This document shows positions 26,107 through 38,328 of a stretch of DNA of 64,000 bases, piece after piece; position 1 is the first letter of the stretch; each line of letters starts with the position of its first letter. Source of the stretch: Takakia lepidozioides (taxonomy: Eukaryota; Plantae; Bryophyta); assembly GCA_030704615.1 (NCBI GenBank), contig CM060734.1, positions 44,640,001 to 44,704,000 of the forward strand, given 5' to 3'. A program made the position numbers and the translations under genes. The notes below the pieces were generated by a model. It had not been told where the DNA came from, searched no databases, and saw nothing but the letters and a program-made list of their open reading frames with translations.

Positions 26107-26940
26107 GATTACCTATGATTCCATGTGGAAGGATAGGTACAAGAAACCTGCATGGGTAGATGGTCAACTGGAAGCCGCAGCAGCAGCGGCACAACAGATA
26201 ACATAGATTAGGAGAAGTGTAGGTCGGGTTAGGGCGTCAGTGTCAGCTGCTTCAGCTGCTAGCTGCAGCAAGGCAAGGATGTGTGCATGATTTGTGCAGA
26301 GGTCTGGATAGCTGACGGAGCAGGGATAGAGTGTGGGTCCAGATTCATCCAAGAGGGCCGAATTTCAAGCTCCAGATTACCTATGATTCCCTGTGGAAGG
26401 ATAGCTACAAAACCTGCATGGGAGATGGTGAACTGGAAGCCACAGCACCAGCGGCTCAATTGATAAAATCAGGCACTGCTAATGAAGGTACCTTCTTCAA
26501 CAGATTTCACCCTGTTTTTCCCTCTATCAGAATTGGCCCTAAATTTTCATGTTGAATTCTGATAATTTTCTGACCCCAGGCAATGGCGGGACAATCGAGG
26601 CAAAAAGGTGAATGCTTGTTGGATTACAAAGAGTAGCAGATGCAATTGACCATAGGAACTAGTGTGATAAGTTGAGTTAGGTGTTTCCTAGAACAAATCT
26701 AGGCTGTCATTGTCAGGTGCTAGCAGCAAGGCAAGGATGCAGTATGCATGATTTGTGCAGAGGCATGGATAGCTGAAGGAGCAGGGATAGAGTGTGGGTC
26801 CAGGTTCATCCAAGAGGGCTGGACTTCAAGCTCCAGATTACCTATGATTCCATGTGGATCAATAGCTACAAGAAACCTGCATGGGTAGATGGTCAAGTAA
26901 AGGTAGCAGCTGCAGCGGCACAGTTGATAAAATCAAGCAC
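26107..26940 (+). repeat. Duplicated/triplicated 5' segment of the PPR gene
   Basis: AGATTACCTATGATTCC..CCTGCATGGG..AGCGGC occurs at ~26107, 26374 and 26834. 26260-26470 duplicates 26720-26935. Confidence 0.85.
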
Positions 26941-29900
26941 CTCAACCATGACCACAGCTTCTGAAAGAGGATCAAGAGAGGGAGTCCACAATGCCTCTTC
27001 TGCTGGGCATGTGAAGATGCTTTGTGAGGCAGGCAGACTGACAGAGGCTCTACAACTTTAAACTAACAAGGCATTTCAGCAGATTCAGATACGTCTTCTG
27101 TCTCTTGCTTAAGTGCATCAAGATGAAAGGTCTGGAAGCTGGAAACAGGTGCACACTCACATTATCCAAAGTGATTAATGCCAAATGTTTTTCTACTCAA
27201 CACCCTTGTCAACATGTATGTTAAGTGTGGGAGCATCATGGATGCTCACCAGGTTTTCCACAGAATGCCACGACCATCTTTGATCACGTGGAATATAATG
27301 TTGGCAGGATTTACCAAGCATGGGTGTGGTAGGAATGCTTTGGAGACCTATGAGCAAATGTTGCCCATCACGTTCGTTTGTGTTTGCAATTCGTGTGCAA
27401 GCCTGGGAGCCCTGGAAAAGGGGAAAGAGGTCCATGATGACATCTTGAAAGCTGGAATTGTACCAGATGTCATTCTGAACACTGCCCTGGTCGACATGTA
27501 TGCCAAATGTAAGTGCATTAAGGATGCAAAGGCAGTTTTCAACACTATGGCTGAACGAGATGTGGTGTCGTGGCACGCGATGCTTGCAGGGTATGCATAG
27601 CAGGGACGTGGGATGGTGGCTTTGGAGACCTATGATCAAATGATGGGGAAGGGGTGAAGCCCGACCACATCACATTTGTGTGCGTTTGCAATGCGTGTGC
27701 AAGCCTGGCAGCTCTGGAAAAGGGGAAAGAGGATGCGAAGGCAGTTTTCAACGCTATGGCTGAACAAGATGGTGGTGTCGTGGCACGCAAGGGGGATTGT
27801 GGCTTTGGAGACCTGTGATCAAATGATGTGGGAAGGGGTGAAGCCCAACCACATCACGTTTGTGTGCATTTGCAATGCATGTGCAAAGAGGTGCATGGTT
27901 GCATCGCGAAAGCTGGAATTGTACCAGATGTCATTCTGAACAATACCCTCGTGGACATGTATGCCAATTGTGGGAGCATTGAGGATGCCGAGGGAGTGTT
28001 CAACAATATGGCTGAACAAGATGTGGTGTCATGGAACGCCATGCTTGCAGGATATGCACAGCAGGGGCGCGGGATGGAGGCTGTGGAGACCTACGAGCAA
28101 ATGATGGAGGAAGGGGTGAAGCCCAACCACATAAAGTTTCTGTGCGTCTGCAGTGCGTGTGCAAGCCTGGCAGCCCAGGAAAAGGGCAAAGAGGTCCATG
28201 GTCGCATCGTCACAGCTGAAAATGTACCAGATGTGATTCTGAACAATAACCTGTGGACATGTATGCCAAATGTGGAGGGAGTGTTCAACAATATGGCTGA
28301 ACGAAATTGGTGTCATGGAACGCCATGCTTGCAGGATATGCACAGCGGGGCACGGGATGGAGGCCTTGGAGACCTATGAGCAAATGATGGGGGAAGGGGT
28401 GAAGCGCAACAACATCACGTTTGTGTGCGTTTGCAATGCTTGTGCAAGCCTGACAGCCCTGGAAAAGGGCAAAGAGGTCCATGGTTGCATCGTCAAAGCT
28501 GGAATTGTACCAGATGTGATTCTGAACAACACCCTCGGGGACATACATTTCAAATGTGGGCATTGAGGACGTGGAGGGAGTGTTCAACAATATGGCTGAA
28601 CGAGATTTGGTGTCATGGAACGCCATGCTTGCAGGGTATGCACTACAGGGGGGCGGGATGGAGGCCTTGGAGACCTATGAGCAAATGATGGTGGAAGGGG
28701 TGAAGCGCAACCACATCGCGTTTGTGTGCGTTTGCAGTGTGTGTGCAAGCCTGGCAGCCCTGGAAAAGGGCAAAGAGGTGCATGGTTGCATCGCCAAAGC
28801 TAGAATTGTACCAGATGTGATTCTGAACAATACCCTCGTGGACATGTATGCCAAATGTGGGTGCATTGAGGATGCGTAGGGAGTGTTCGACAATATGGCT
28901 GAACGAAATGTGGTGTCGTGGAATGTGATGATCGCAGGATATGCCCAGCATGGTCATAGGGAGGTCCTGCAACTAAATGCAAAAGAATGGCTTGAAGCCG
29001 GACAGTCTCACCTTTATATGTGTTCTCTCTGCATGCAGCCACACTGGCCTACTGAATGAAGGAAATCAAGATCATGGTGTCACTCCGACAGTAAAGCACT
29101 TTGGCTGTATGGTGGACCTTCTTGGACGTGCGGGACAACTGGATGAGGCAGTGGATCTGATTAATAAGATGCCAATCAATCCAGATCTTGTGGTGTGGAA
29201 GGCCGTGCTTGGTGCCTGCAGAATCCATGGCAATGTGGAGATGGCTGAACGTGCGGCAACATCTATCCTCAAATGGGATGAACAGGATGCCGTGACTTAT
29301 GTGTTGGTATCAAACATGTATGCTGCAGCTGGCAGGTGGGATGATACTGCAAAGGTGAGAAGAATGATGAAGGTCAGAGGGGTTAGAAAGCAGCCAGGTC
29401 GCTGCTGCATTGGGGTTGGCAACAGGGTGCACACCTTGCTGTAGATGACAAGTTGCATCCCAATTAATGAAATCCATGCTGAGCTGAGAAGATTGTCTGG
29501 GCAGATGAAAGGAGGCGGGGTATGTGTCTGATACGCGCTTTGTATTGCATGATGTGGGGGAGGAAAAGGAATTTTCTCTTTGCCACCACAGTGAGAGGCT
29601 GGCCATTGGTTTTGGGCTGATCAAGTTTGTGTGCGGTTGCAGTGCGTGTGCAAGCCTGGCAGCCCTGGAAAAGGGCAAAGAGGCCCATGGCAACATTGTC
29701 AGAGCTGATGTGGTGTCGTAGAACTCGTTGCTTGCAGGGTATGCACAGCAGGGGCACTGGATGGAGGCTTTGGCTCCAGATGTTGTGCTTGACACACTAT
29801 GTAAACCCACTATGTAAGACCAGGGAGTAGTTGAGCAGCTCAGTCTCAACCCTTTCCTAGTGCCAACAAATGATGTGGATTCACGCCAAAAAGGTCTGGA

Positions 29901-30930
29901 AGCTGGAAAGCAGGTACACACTCACAAGCATTGCAGGGTATGCAGAGCAGGGCGTGGGATGGTGGATTTGGAGACCTATGATCAAATGATGGGGGAAGGG
30001 GTGAAGCCCCAACCACATCACGTTTTTGTGTGATTGCAATGCTTATGCAAGCCTGGCAGCCCTGGAAAAGGTCAAAGAGGTCTATGTTGACATTGCCAAA
30101 GCTGGAATTGTACCAGATGTCATTCTGAACTCTGCCCTGGTGGACATGTATGCCCAATGTGGGTGCATTGAGGATGCAATGCAAGGAACTTATGTGTACT
30201 CTGTTTATATATTGGGTTGGCAGGGAGGCTTTGGAGATTGTGAATGGGTGATGCTTGCAGGGTATGCACAGCAGGGACATGGTATGGAGGCTTTGGAGAC
30301 CTATGATCAAATATTGATGGGGGAAGGGGTGAAGCCCAACCATATCACGTTGCAGCATACTGGTACTTCACAGCCATGGCGGCTCTCTCAGCCCCTCCAT
30401 TTTATTTTCTTTTGGTTTTTTTGGCGCTGGGAGAGAGCAGCAGCTCTGCTGTCTCCTTCCCCTTGCTTATGCCGATCGTTAAAGGGGAAATTGTCATTCT
30501 GAACTCTGCCTTGGTGGACATGTATGCCAAATGTGGGTGCAGCAAGCCTGATGTGAAGGGAGAGTTTGACAATATGGCTGAACGAGTTGTGGTATTTTGG
30601 AGTGCCATGTGTGCAGCATGGGTATGGGATTAAGGCTTTGGAAACATAAGATCAAATGATGTGGGAAGGGATGAAGCCAGACCAGGCCGTCATGTTCATT
30701 TGTTTTTGTAATATGCATATGCGAGCCTAGCAGCCCTGGGAAGGGGCAAAGAGGTTTATGGTGACATTATCCAAGCTGGAATTGTACCAGATGTCATTCT
30801 GAACATTCCCCTGGTGTACATTTACGTCAAATGTGAGCCTGGCAGCCATCAAAAGGGCACAAAGGTCCATGATGACATCGTCAAAGCTGGAGTTGTCACT
30901 CTAAACACTGCCTTGGTGGATATGTATTTC
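26744..30930 (+). pseudogene. PLS-class PPR protein with E domains and truncated DYW deaminase domain (organellar RNA-editing factor), pseudogene
   Basis: MLCEAGRLTEALQL start and repeated P-L-S triplets (VSWNAMLAGYA / [23 protein letters not shown] / ILNNTLVDMYAKCG). E domain (HFGCMVDLLGRAG..WKAVLGACRIHG), PG box KQPG, and [13 protein letters not shown] at ~29584-29622, followed by more PPR repeats. Many stops and frameshifts. Confidence 0.95.
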
Positions 30931-31817
30931 TAGGCAGCCCTGGAAGTGGATGTCACTTTGGGTGACAAGGTAGCTGGCACCACCATTCTCTGGAACTACC
31001 TGAATTCATTCTCAAAATGATTTATAATGTTCTCTTGACTCGTCCACGATAGTGCTGGACCTAGCTGCACAGCAGATTATCCTTACTCAATGACTTAAGT
31101 TGGGCAGTGATCTATGGATATGGCAACATGGCCCTCATGTTGGTCATTTGTAGAATGTGGCCAAAACTTGGCTTGCAAATCACTCTTGATATAAACCAGT
31201 TCTGAGCCATCCAAATGTTTTTGGTTCCTACCTGTATTTGTATTCTATGTTTTGTTGTATTTGTAATATATTTTCAATGCAGTGCAGTGAATCAAAAAAT
31301 TTAAATACAATATCCACTAATTCACATACGTACAGATATAAATTAAAAGTAAATGAAAAAACGAAATAACAATAATAAACAAAAAAAACCAAATATTAAA
31401 TAAAAAGCCTCCCAATTCATATATATATATATATGTATTATTATATTTATATGTATATATGTATATACACCTCCAGAGTGAAACATATTTATTAAAATGT
31501 GTCCTCTTTTACTGCTTCACAGTAGAATATTACAATATACAAAGTCAAGCAAACTCGTTATCACTGATTTACAGTCAAACCGTATACTAAACATCATGGA
31601 ACATAGTCAATATGTTCCACTTCAGTTAAACCACTTTACTACACGTCACCCCTAGGTTTTACTGTCACATTTCACTGTCAGAACCTGACATCTGGATTCG
31701 ACTGCTTGACTGAAACGACTTGACCTTTGTCACGCATGTTCGACTATGGAGGCTGGGAGTAAAAATGTCGCAAATGACTCAAATACAGAGTCGAAAAGCC
31801 CAGCTTGTATTGTAGTG

Positions 31818-33510
31818 CTCAATGTGTCTCGGTGTTGGGAAATAGCAAGGTTCTCAAAAGCCATAGGCATGACTCTCTTGAACAACTTTGTCCGCTGGGC
31901 ACATGCTTGTGTCCACACATCCGGATCATCAAGGTCAAGGAATACTACAGCTTCCCTGCGAATAGATGCAGGCAAATCTGGCTCTCGGCCGAAGAGAAGG
32001 AAGTAAGGTGAGAAGGAGGCAAGTGAAGCTTGTTTGCTGAACCTATAGCCCATAGCTAGCCAAAGACACTTGAAGGTCTCAATCTCCTACATGTCCTTTC
32101 TGTAAGCCATACTTGCGCAAACCTCTCTTGACTATTTGAACAACTCTCTACACCAAGCCATCAGCCTCGGGATGATCCCGAGAAGTAGTACGATGATCTA
32201 TCAAGGTTTGCTCACACAAAACCTGAAATTCTCCCAAGAACTCTCTCCCCTGGTCCGTGAGGGCAGTTGCAGGATTGGGTGGATCAAAAGCGGCACATGT
32301 TGAGTCCACTATAAGTCCATGGATTTTTTTTTTTTTTGAGTCTATTGCTTTTAGTTTATTTTTTAAAGATAAATAGTAGTATACATAATATTTTTAATAA
32401 ATAATCCCTCCTCAAATATTGTAAACATTCTTTATTAGATATTTTAATATTTAATTTGACAAAAAAATTAGACGTCAAAATCTAGAGTTTACAACCACTT
32501 GTCCATATACCACCTGGCACCTCTAGATTATAGGTTTGTATGCCTTTTTAGTCAGATGCTATGGACTAGATCAAATCAACCTATTTTTATGTGCAAAATA
32601 GTCCATAGCTCTCAATTCCTAAGATAACTAGTCCATATAAAAGTGGATTTGGGTTGGATTTACAAATGACACCCCTAGTGTGTTTTCCTTTGTGCTAGTG
32701 TATGAGTGTACATGATGTTTTTTCAGTCCATAAGATTTTATATATAACATCTGCACTCCACAATAATCAACTTTAAAAGTCTATAGCTCTTTGGTACATG
32801 ATTGTTTTTGCAGTCTAACAATTGGTACACATACCTATTGTAGTTAAAAACCCTATACCATATAAATTTAGATGAAATATTGAGTTGTTGGACAAATATG
32901 GGTAAAACCATGGAGGGAGGTCACTGCAGAAACTGCCATGTTACACAAAAACTGAGACACCCAATCCTGCAAATACCCGTGAGTACCTCGGCTGGAGCAC
33001 CATATTGGCTAAGCACTCGATCTAAGAATGCATACGCAGCCCTCTCACTTGCCTTGTCAGGCAATGCCACCAGTTCCATTTGGAGAAGTGTTCCACCATC
33101 ACCAGCACATACCTGTTATGGCGAATCGCTAGTGACAATGGGCCTGCGAAGTCAAGACTCCAACGATAGCCCAAACCCATAATGGATAAAAGATGCAATT
33201 GTGGAGTAGGTGCATTGAAAGAAGCCCGCACTCTATCACACACCATGCACCTTGTCATTAACTGTTGCACATACGTGTGCATGCCCCGCCACCAGTACTG
33301 TCCTTGTAGCAAACTATGAGTGCGCCGCACCCCAAAATATCCCAACTCCTCATGGGCATGACGTACCAATCGCGCTCGTTGTGTTGGATGAGGCACAATC
33401 CTCACTCTCCATCCTCCCATACTCAGAGTAGGTGAGTCCCATCCCACTTGAACCTCTTGGCTCGTTGTAGGATCCGATCTCTCTCCTTAGCAGTCACACT
33501 GATTTTATCA
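31818..33510 (-). mobile_element. Ty3/gypsy integrase (zinc finger and catalytic core), same element as 23560-24434
   Basis: HAHEELGYFG..YWWRGM..CMVC..RWSLDFAGP..VEHFSKW..EVLTDQGREF..HPEADGLVER..SPYFLLFGR. Confidence 0.92.
32261..32978. mobile_element. MITE-like TIR element (718 bp) with 4-bp TSD
   Basis: TIRs GGGCAGTTGCAGGATTGGGTG / GGGTATTTGCAGGATTGGGTG, GTGA on both sides, AT-rich interior. Removal restores the integrase motif EVLTDQG. Confidence 0.9.
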
Positions 33511-33609
33511 TTCCATTTGTTTAGCAAGGGTTTGGGTTGAAGTAGAGTATTCTAGATAAGCTGATACTTTGATATTTATTGAGCTAGCATATAATTTTCT
33601 TATGGTATG

Positions 33610-33860
33610 TGGGGCGGTCAGGATTCCCCCCTTTGATATTATTCCTCATAATGGATGGACACTAGAGTCGTTGGGAAAGGGATGGGAACAAGCTGGATGA
33701 GGTTATGTTTAGGCTTAGGGATTTGTATTAGTGTATAACAACTAGTTTAGAATTAGAGAAAGATTTTCGGCTGGTGAGGTGGCAGGTTTGCTGATGCAGG
33801 TGGTATGGGATCTGAATGTCCATTGTGACAATGCCACATGGCCTCTTGTTTAGATTATAT
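33610..33860. repeat. Dispersed ~200-bp repeat; second direct copy at ~35900-36085
   Basis: Shared CCCCCCTTGATATT-like, ACAAGCTGGATGAG, GGCTTAGGGAT and CCACATGGCCTC..GTTTAGATTA blocks. Confidence 0.7.
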
Positions 33861-33889
33861 ATATTTATTTATTTAAAAAAAAGAAAAAA

Positions 33890-35830
33890 AAGAACAGGGG
33901 GTTATATCCCTGATATATTTATTATAAATTATTTGATGGGGAAAAAAATTAAAACCCCGTTACACCATGAGGTACACCCACTATGATCAGTGTAGTTCGA
34001 GCCAGCCTCTCCGAACAGAGATAAAGTCCAAGATACGAAAATAACTCCTATCTGACTCTACAGTAATTGCAAAAAGAACAAAGATTGTTTCTACGAACCA
34101 AACAGCCACTGTGCGGGCTAATCCAGGGGACCAAAAAACCGGGCACGTTGCCCTAGACCTGAAACAAAGCTTAGGAGAGACGAGTGTCTTGTTGGACTTT
34201 CTAAGACTGTCTAGAAGGGCAGGGGGAGTGGCAATGAGAGTAAATAGTCTATTGACCTTCTCCACGATGGAGATTGCGATCTATCTGTAATGCAGCTTGG
34301 AAGCCGTCGAGGAGGGTTTCAGATGCTTCTAGTTAATGTCCCTTTCAAATTCGGGGAAAAGAGTGTAGCGGCGCACGGAGATCTCGCCAGGCTACTGGGG
34401 GGAGATTGTTCCAGTAGCATTGGTCCTGCACAGGGCTGCTGCATATGATCCCCTGTCTACCCCAGGTGTACTGAAAGTCATGTGGATGGCCTTTGCGTTC
34501 CTGGCATCCCGCTGTATGACTGCACATATTTTGGCCCACGCCTTCCTAGCTTCAGTTTGTAAGTCAAGAAATACTGTAGCCAGGAGGGCAGATATGGAAG
34601 TGGTCTCTCCTAGAAATGTATTCTTGCATCTTAGTTTCCATAGATGCCACAAAGCTGATGCTCTTAAGGTTTAAAAAATAGGGCAGTTAATGGCTCTGTT
34701 TTTTGTGGTTGGATCATAGTTTAGGAGAATGATTGTGTCTGAAAGAGAGGAGGGGTTCCAGGTTTGATAGAAGGCTTTGATATGGGGCCAAATCCTTGCT
34801 GGGGCTTGGCATGAAAGGAGGCAATGTTCTATCGATTCGATTACTGCAGTAGAACAACAAGCACATAAAACCGAACCCCGAAACTGTAGCCATTCCCCAA
34901 CTTTGAGAACCCTATTTACTAACTGCCATAGAAAGGATGCAATCTTTGAAGGGCGGGATTTAATCCAAACTGAACCCCAAATAGTCTTCCAGTTTTCATC
35001 ACAGAAGTTGTACAATCCCCATCTGGCTTCCCATTTCTTGTTCATAGGTTGAGACACAAATAAAGCTTTGTATCCCTTCTTAGTTGTGTATGCAAAGAAG
35101 GGTTATGAAGCATTGTTGAATTTCCAAGACCATTCTTGGGGGTCAATGTCCATTTCTGCGAGAGGTCTACCCATAATCCAGACAAAGGTGTTAGAAAGAA
35201 GCCAGGATCTGGTTGTGGTTGTAAGGGGTGGTATAGGATCCATGGCTTTATTTGGGGCTGTCCAGCAGCATATTCTCACCGGCGTTAGAGTCATGAGATT
35301 CAAGTGAACTGGGTTTGGGTTTGTCAGTGTAAGCCTAAGAGAGAAAGAGTCAATAGAGAAGGTGTATACTGACATATCATTCTGACTGAGTTCATCTAGA
35401 AACAAAATGGTAAGCTTGTTTTGCAGAATGACTAAAGCCCATGAGTTGGGAGTTGGCTGCGGAGGGCCAAGTGCCAGGGTGGGCAGCCAATGTAGTAGGA
35501 TAGTTTGAATAATATCTTGGTAACCTTTTGATGCACGGGGCCTCCCCACAAAAAGTGCTATCGCCTCTTGAGAGATGAGACTATCTCCCGACCATATGTT
35601 ATGAACCTGTCTGACCCGGAGGCAGTCCCATTTGGACCATCTCATAGCCTGGTTTTTCTGAGGAGCAGTTAGAGGTATGTCATTGAGAAACAAATGTTGT
35701 CTTTTGATTTCATAGAAGTTGCTTGGCTGGGCTTTTGTGAGCAGTTTTCTGAGCCTTCCCCAGGCCAACCAGATATTAGACCATAGATTTAAATTGGCTA
35801 CTTGGGCTTCGAATGCTTGAGACTTATCTT
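33890..35830 (-). mobile_element. L1-like LINE 3' portion (post-RT region with zf-RVT), decayed
   Basis: WKTIW..PSKIASFLWQLVNRVL..CACC..ESIEHCLLSC..IW followed by LWHLWKLRCKNTF. Confidence 0.8.
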
Positions 35831-38328
35831 AATATTTTGGCATTTAAAGTTTGTACCCAGGTGGAGCTCTCTTGATTGGAAGGGCCTGCATACATCACAT
35901 ATGTGGGCCAAGGATCCCCCCCTTGATATTACCTAATTCCTCATAATAGAAGGGGGGTACTTGGGACAAGCTGGATGAGATTATTTTGAGGCTTAGGGAT
36001 CTGTCTCCCTATAACAGCCAGTTTAGGATTAGGATTTCAGGTGGTGAGGTGACAAATACCACATGGCCTCTCGTTTAGATTAGATTTCTTTTCTATTTAA
36101 CTTGCTGCTTTGGGTCTCGGGCTTGGTGATTATGTGTGCTTCAGAGTGTACATCAGGTGTTCCAGTGCTTTCATCACTGTGGATGGATGTGAAAGAAAAT
36201 ATAGATGAATGGTGGCAAGTAAGTCATCTATGGTAGATTCTCTCTTGTTGGCAAAGCAAGCTTTATCGACCACACCCCCCTTAGTTATTCTATTCCCCTT
36301 AGTTATTCTGTTCACGGGAGAGGAAAGAGGAATAATCCCATTGACAGGAATATTGCATCACATATACCTGTTCCATATTTTTGTTTTTTAGTGGAGACCC
36401 TGGTAAACTAGTAAAAGCATCTCCACCGGGGGTACACCAAACAACACTGCAACGGTAACCTCCTGCGGCCTCCACCACTCCCCTCCCCAGTGGCAACCCC
36501 ATCAAACTACATTGCACATATCTTTTTGGCTGACGTGCCTTGCTCCCGAGGGACCACCTGGACAGACGCTGCCTTACCCTCACACCTTAAATGCAGGCAG
36601 TTGTCTTTTTTAGTGGCTCCAGCAGGTACTGGCGGGGCCTAGAGACTGTATCCTACACGAAGTACGGGCCAGGGGGGTGCGGATACCAGGGCCGGGGGCT
36701 CCTTTACTGTTGCCGGGGCATTTAGGGACCCCCTGCGGAGATGCTCCAATAGGTAGTATGTTGGAGGTTGGAGAAGTTACGTAGAGGACAGCCTCCCCTC
36801 CGTCATGCTTAGGCCGAGTTTAGACTGAGCCAAACTAAGCGGCCAAAATGGGGTGGTGGTCAATGACTGGACAAATTTTAGGTTTTGGCTGTAGACATGG
36901 CCTATCAATGAAAATAATCTGGATGCATATGGGGCAATTTTGCGCGGCCAAAATTGAATACCGTATTTTAGTTCATCCCAAGAATGGTCGAGTGGCCAAG
37001 AGGTTTCGTTGTTGTTTTGCAAAGCAGATGCTTTTAAACTTTAAATCTGCGCTGGAGATGGACGGTGGAGTTTGTCGAGGGCCAGCCAAAATAGAGGATC
37101 TTGGCTAAAGCGTTTTAGGCTGGTGACAAATAACCGATTTCGTATCTTGGGATCAAGGATATTGAAAAATTCCCCCGGGAACCTTTGGCGCGTGCGGTAA
37201 GTGCCAACACTGTCAAGCTTACACGAAAATCGGTATAAGATCTCTCTGTTTTGCTCAAAACCAAGGAGACAAGAACCATACTCCTTGTCAGTGGCCATGG
37301 TGAGAACACCTTGGGGCGATCGAGCGGAACATTCCTTACATGTGTTCGGCAGTCTATTAAGAATGACCACGCCGATAAAAGCGTACAAGTCAAAACACGG
37401 CGAGAAGCTTCAGTAAGACGGGTTAAGTTTCTAAGAGAAAGGCATGAAAAATTGTTCCAATGCAGAAGGTGTAAGGGAAGATAGAGAAAGCTTTCCTGAG
37501 AGGTTATGGCACCGAAACAAGGAGCACGTACAAAGAAACAGGATCTGCCCAACCGACCACCAGTTCTGAACGAACAAAGTTCACACGAGTTTCATGAACC
37601 AGAGATCAACCATAAATATAACAGTTCTGTGACAGGCAAGCTACCTGTGATTTTATGTGGGGTATACTCTATCATCAACACAGCAGCCATAGCTCTGGCT
37701 GCCTTCGCCTCCCATTATGATCTTGAGAGAGAAAGAGCACAGATACGCACAATTGCGCCTGTGCAGCTCACACAACACTTGAGGGAGAAGCAGTGCATTC
37801 TAACTTGAATGGAACAATGTTGAGTTCCTGGGTCCAACCCCAAGCAAACACTCATTGCATTCCTTCAGAACCTGGTGCACCATCAAACCGTTTGTGATCT
37901 CCTTTCCAGTGACAAGCTCCCAAATAGTGCATTCCCACCTTTCGAGTGCACCAGAACTTGCCAAGTTTAAAAGCACCCGCATGAAATGAACAGTGAGGGA
38001 AAAAGGTGTCTCTTCAAATTCGCCCCCCATCTGCATATACAAGCTCTTAGGCATCTGCCAGGAGCATGTCAGTTGCGCATGCTTCCACCATTACTCGAAT
38101 GCCATCTAGCCCCAGATCTGTTAGCCTTGTCTGCCCTTCGATCAGAGAAACCCATCAGGTGACTAAGTCACATTACCAAAGGATGCTAGAGGTCTCCAAA
38201 TTTTACCCCGTCCCACATCCAAACAGAGAAGACGCTCTTGAAGGCCAATTCAGCTTCTGGCACCACTCCCTCAGACAAATTCGACAGCCCTCATTTCCAC
38301 CAGCAACTTCAAGGAATAGTTGACACCA

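Larger units (their letters stand above)
24435..31817. mobile_element. Non-autonomous Pack-CACTA element (7383 bp) with captured gene sequences
   Basis: TIRs CACTACAACACA / CACTACAATACA, 3-bp TSD CTC (24432-24434, 31818-31820), and TTGAC/GTCAA subterminal repeats at both ends. Removing it restores the integrase frame ..HRDTL-RYAT.. Confidence 0.93.

Noticed and set aside
36400-37550. Protein-coding gene from overlapping short ORFs
   Set aside because: No recognisable domain or splice structure; lies just past the TSO1 3' region.
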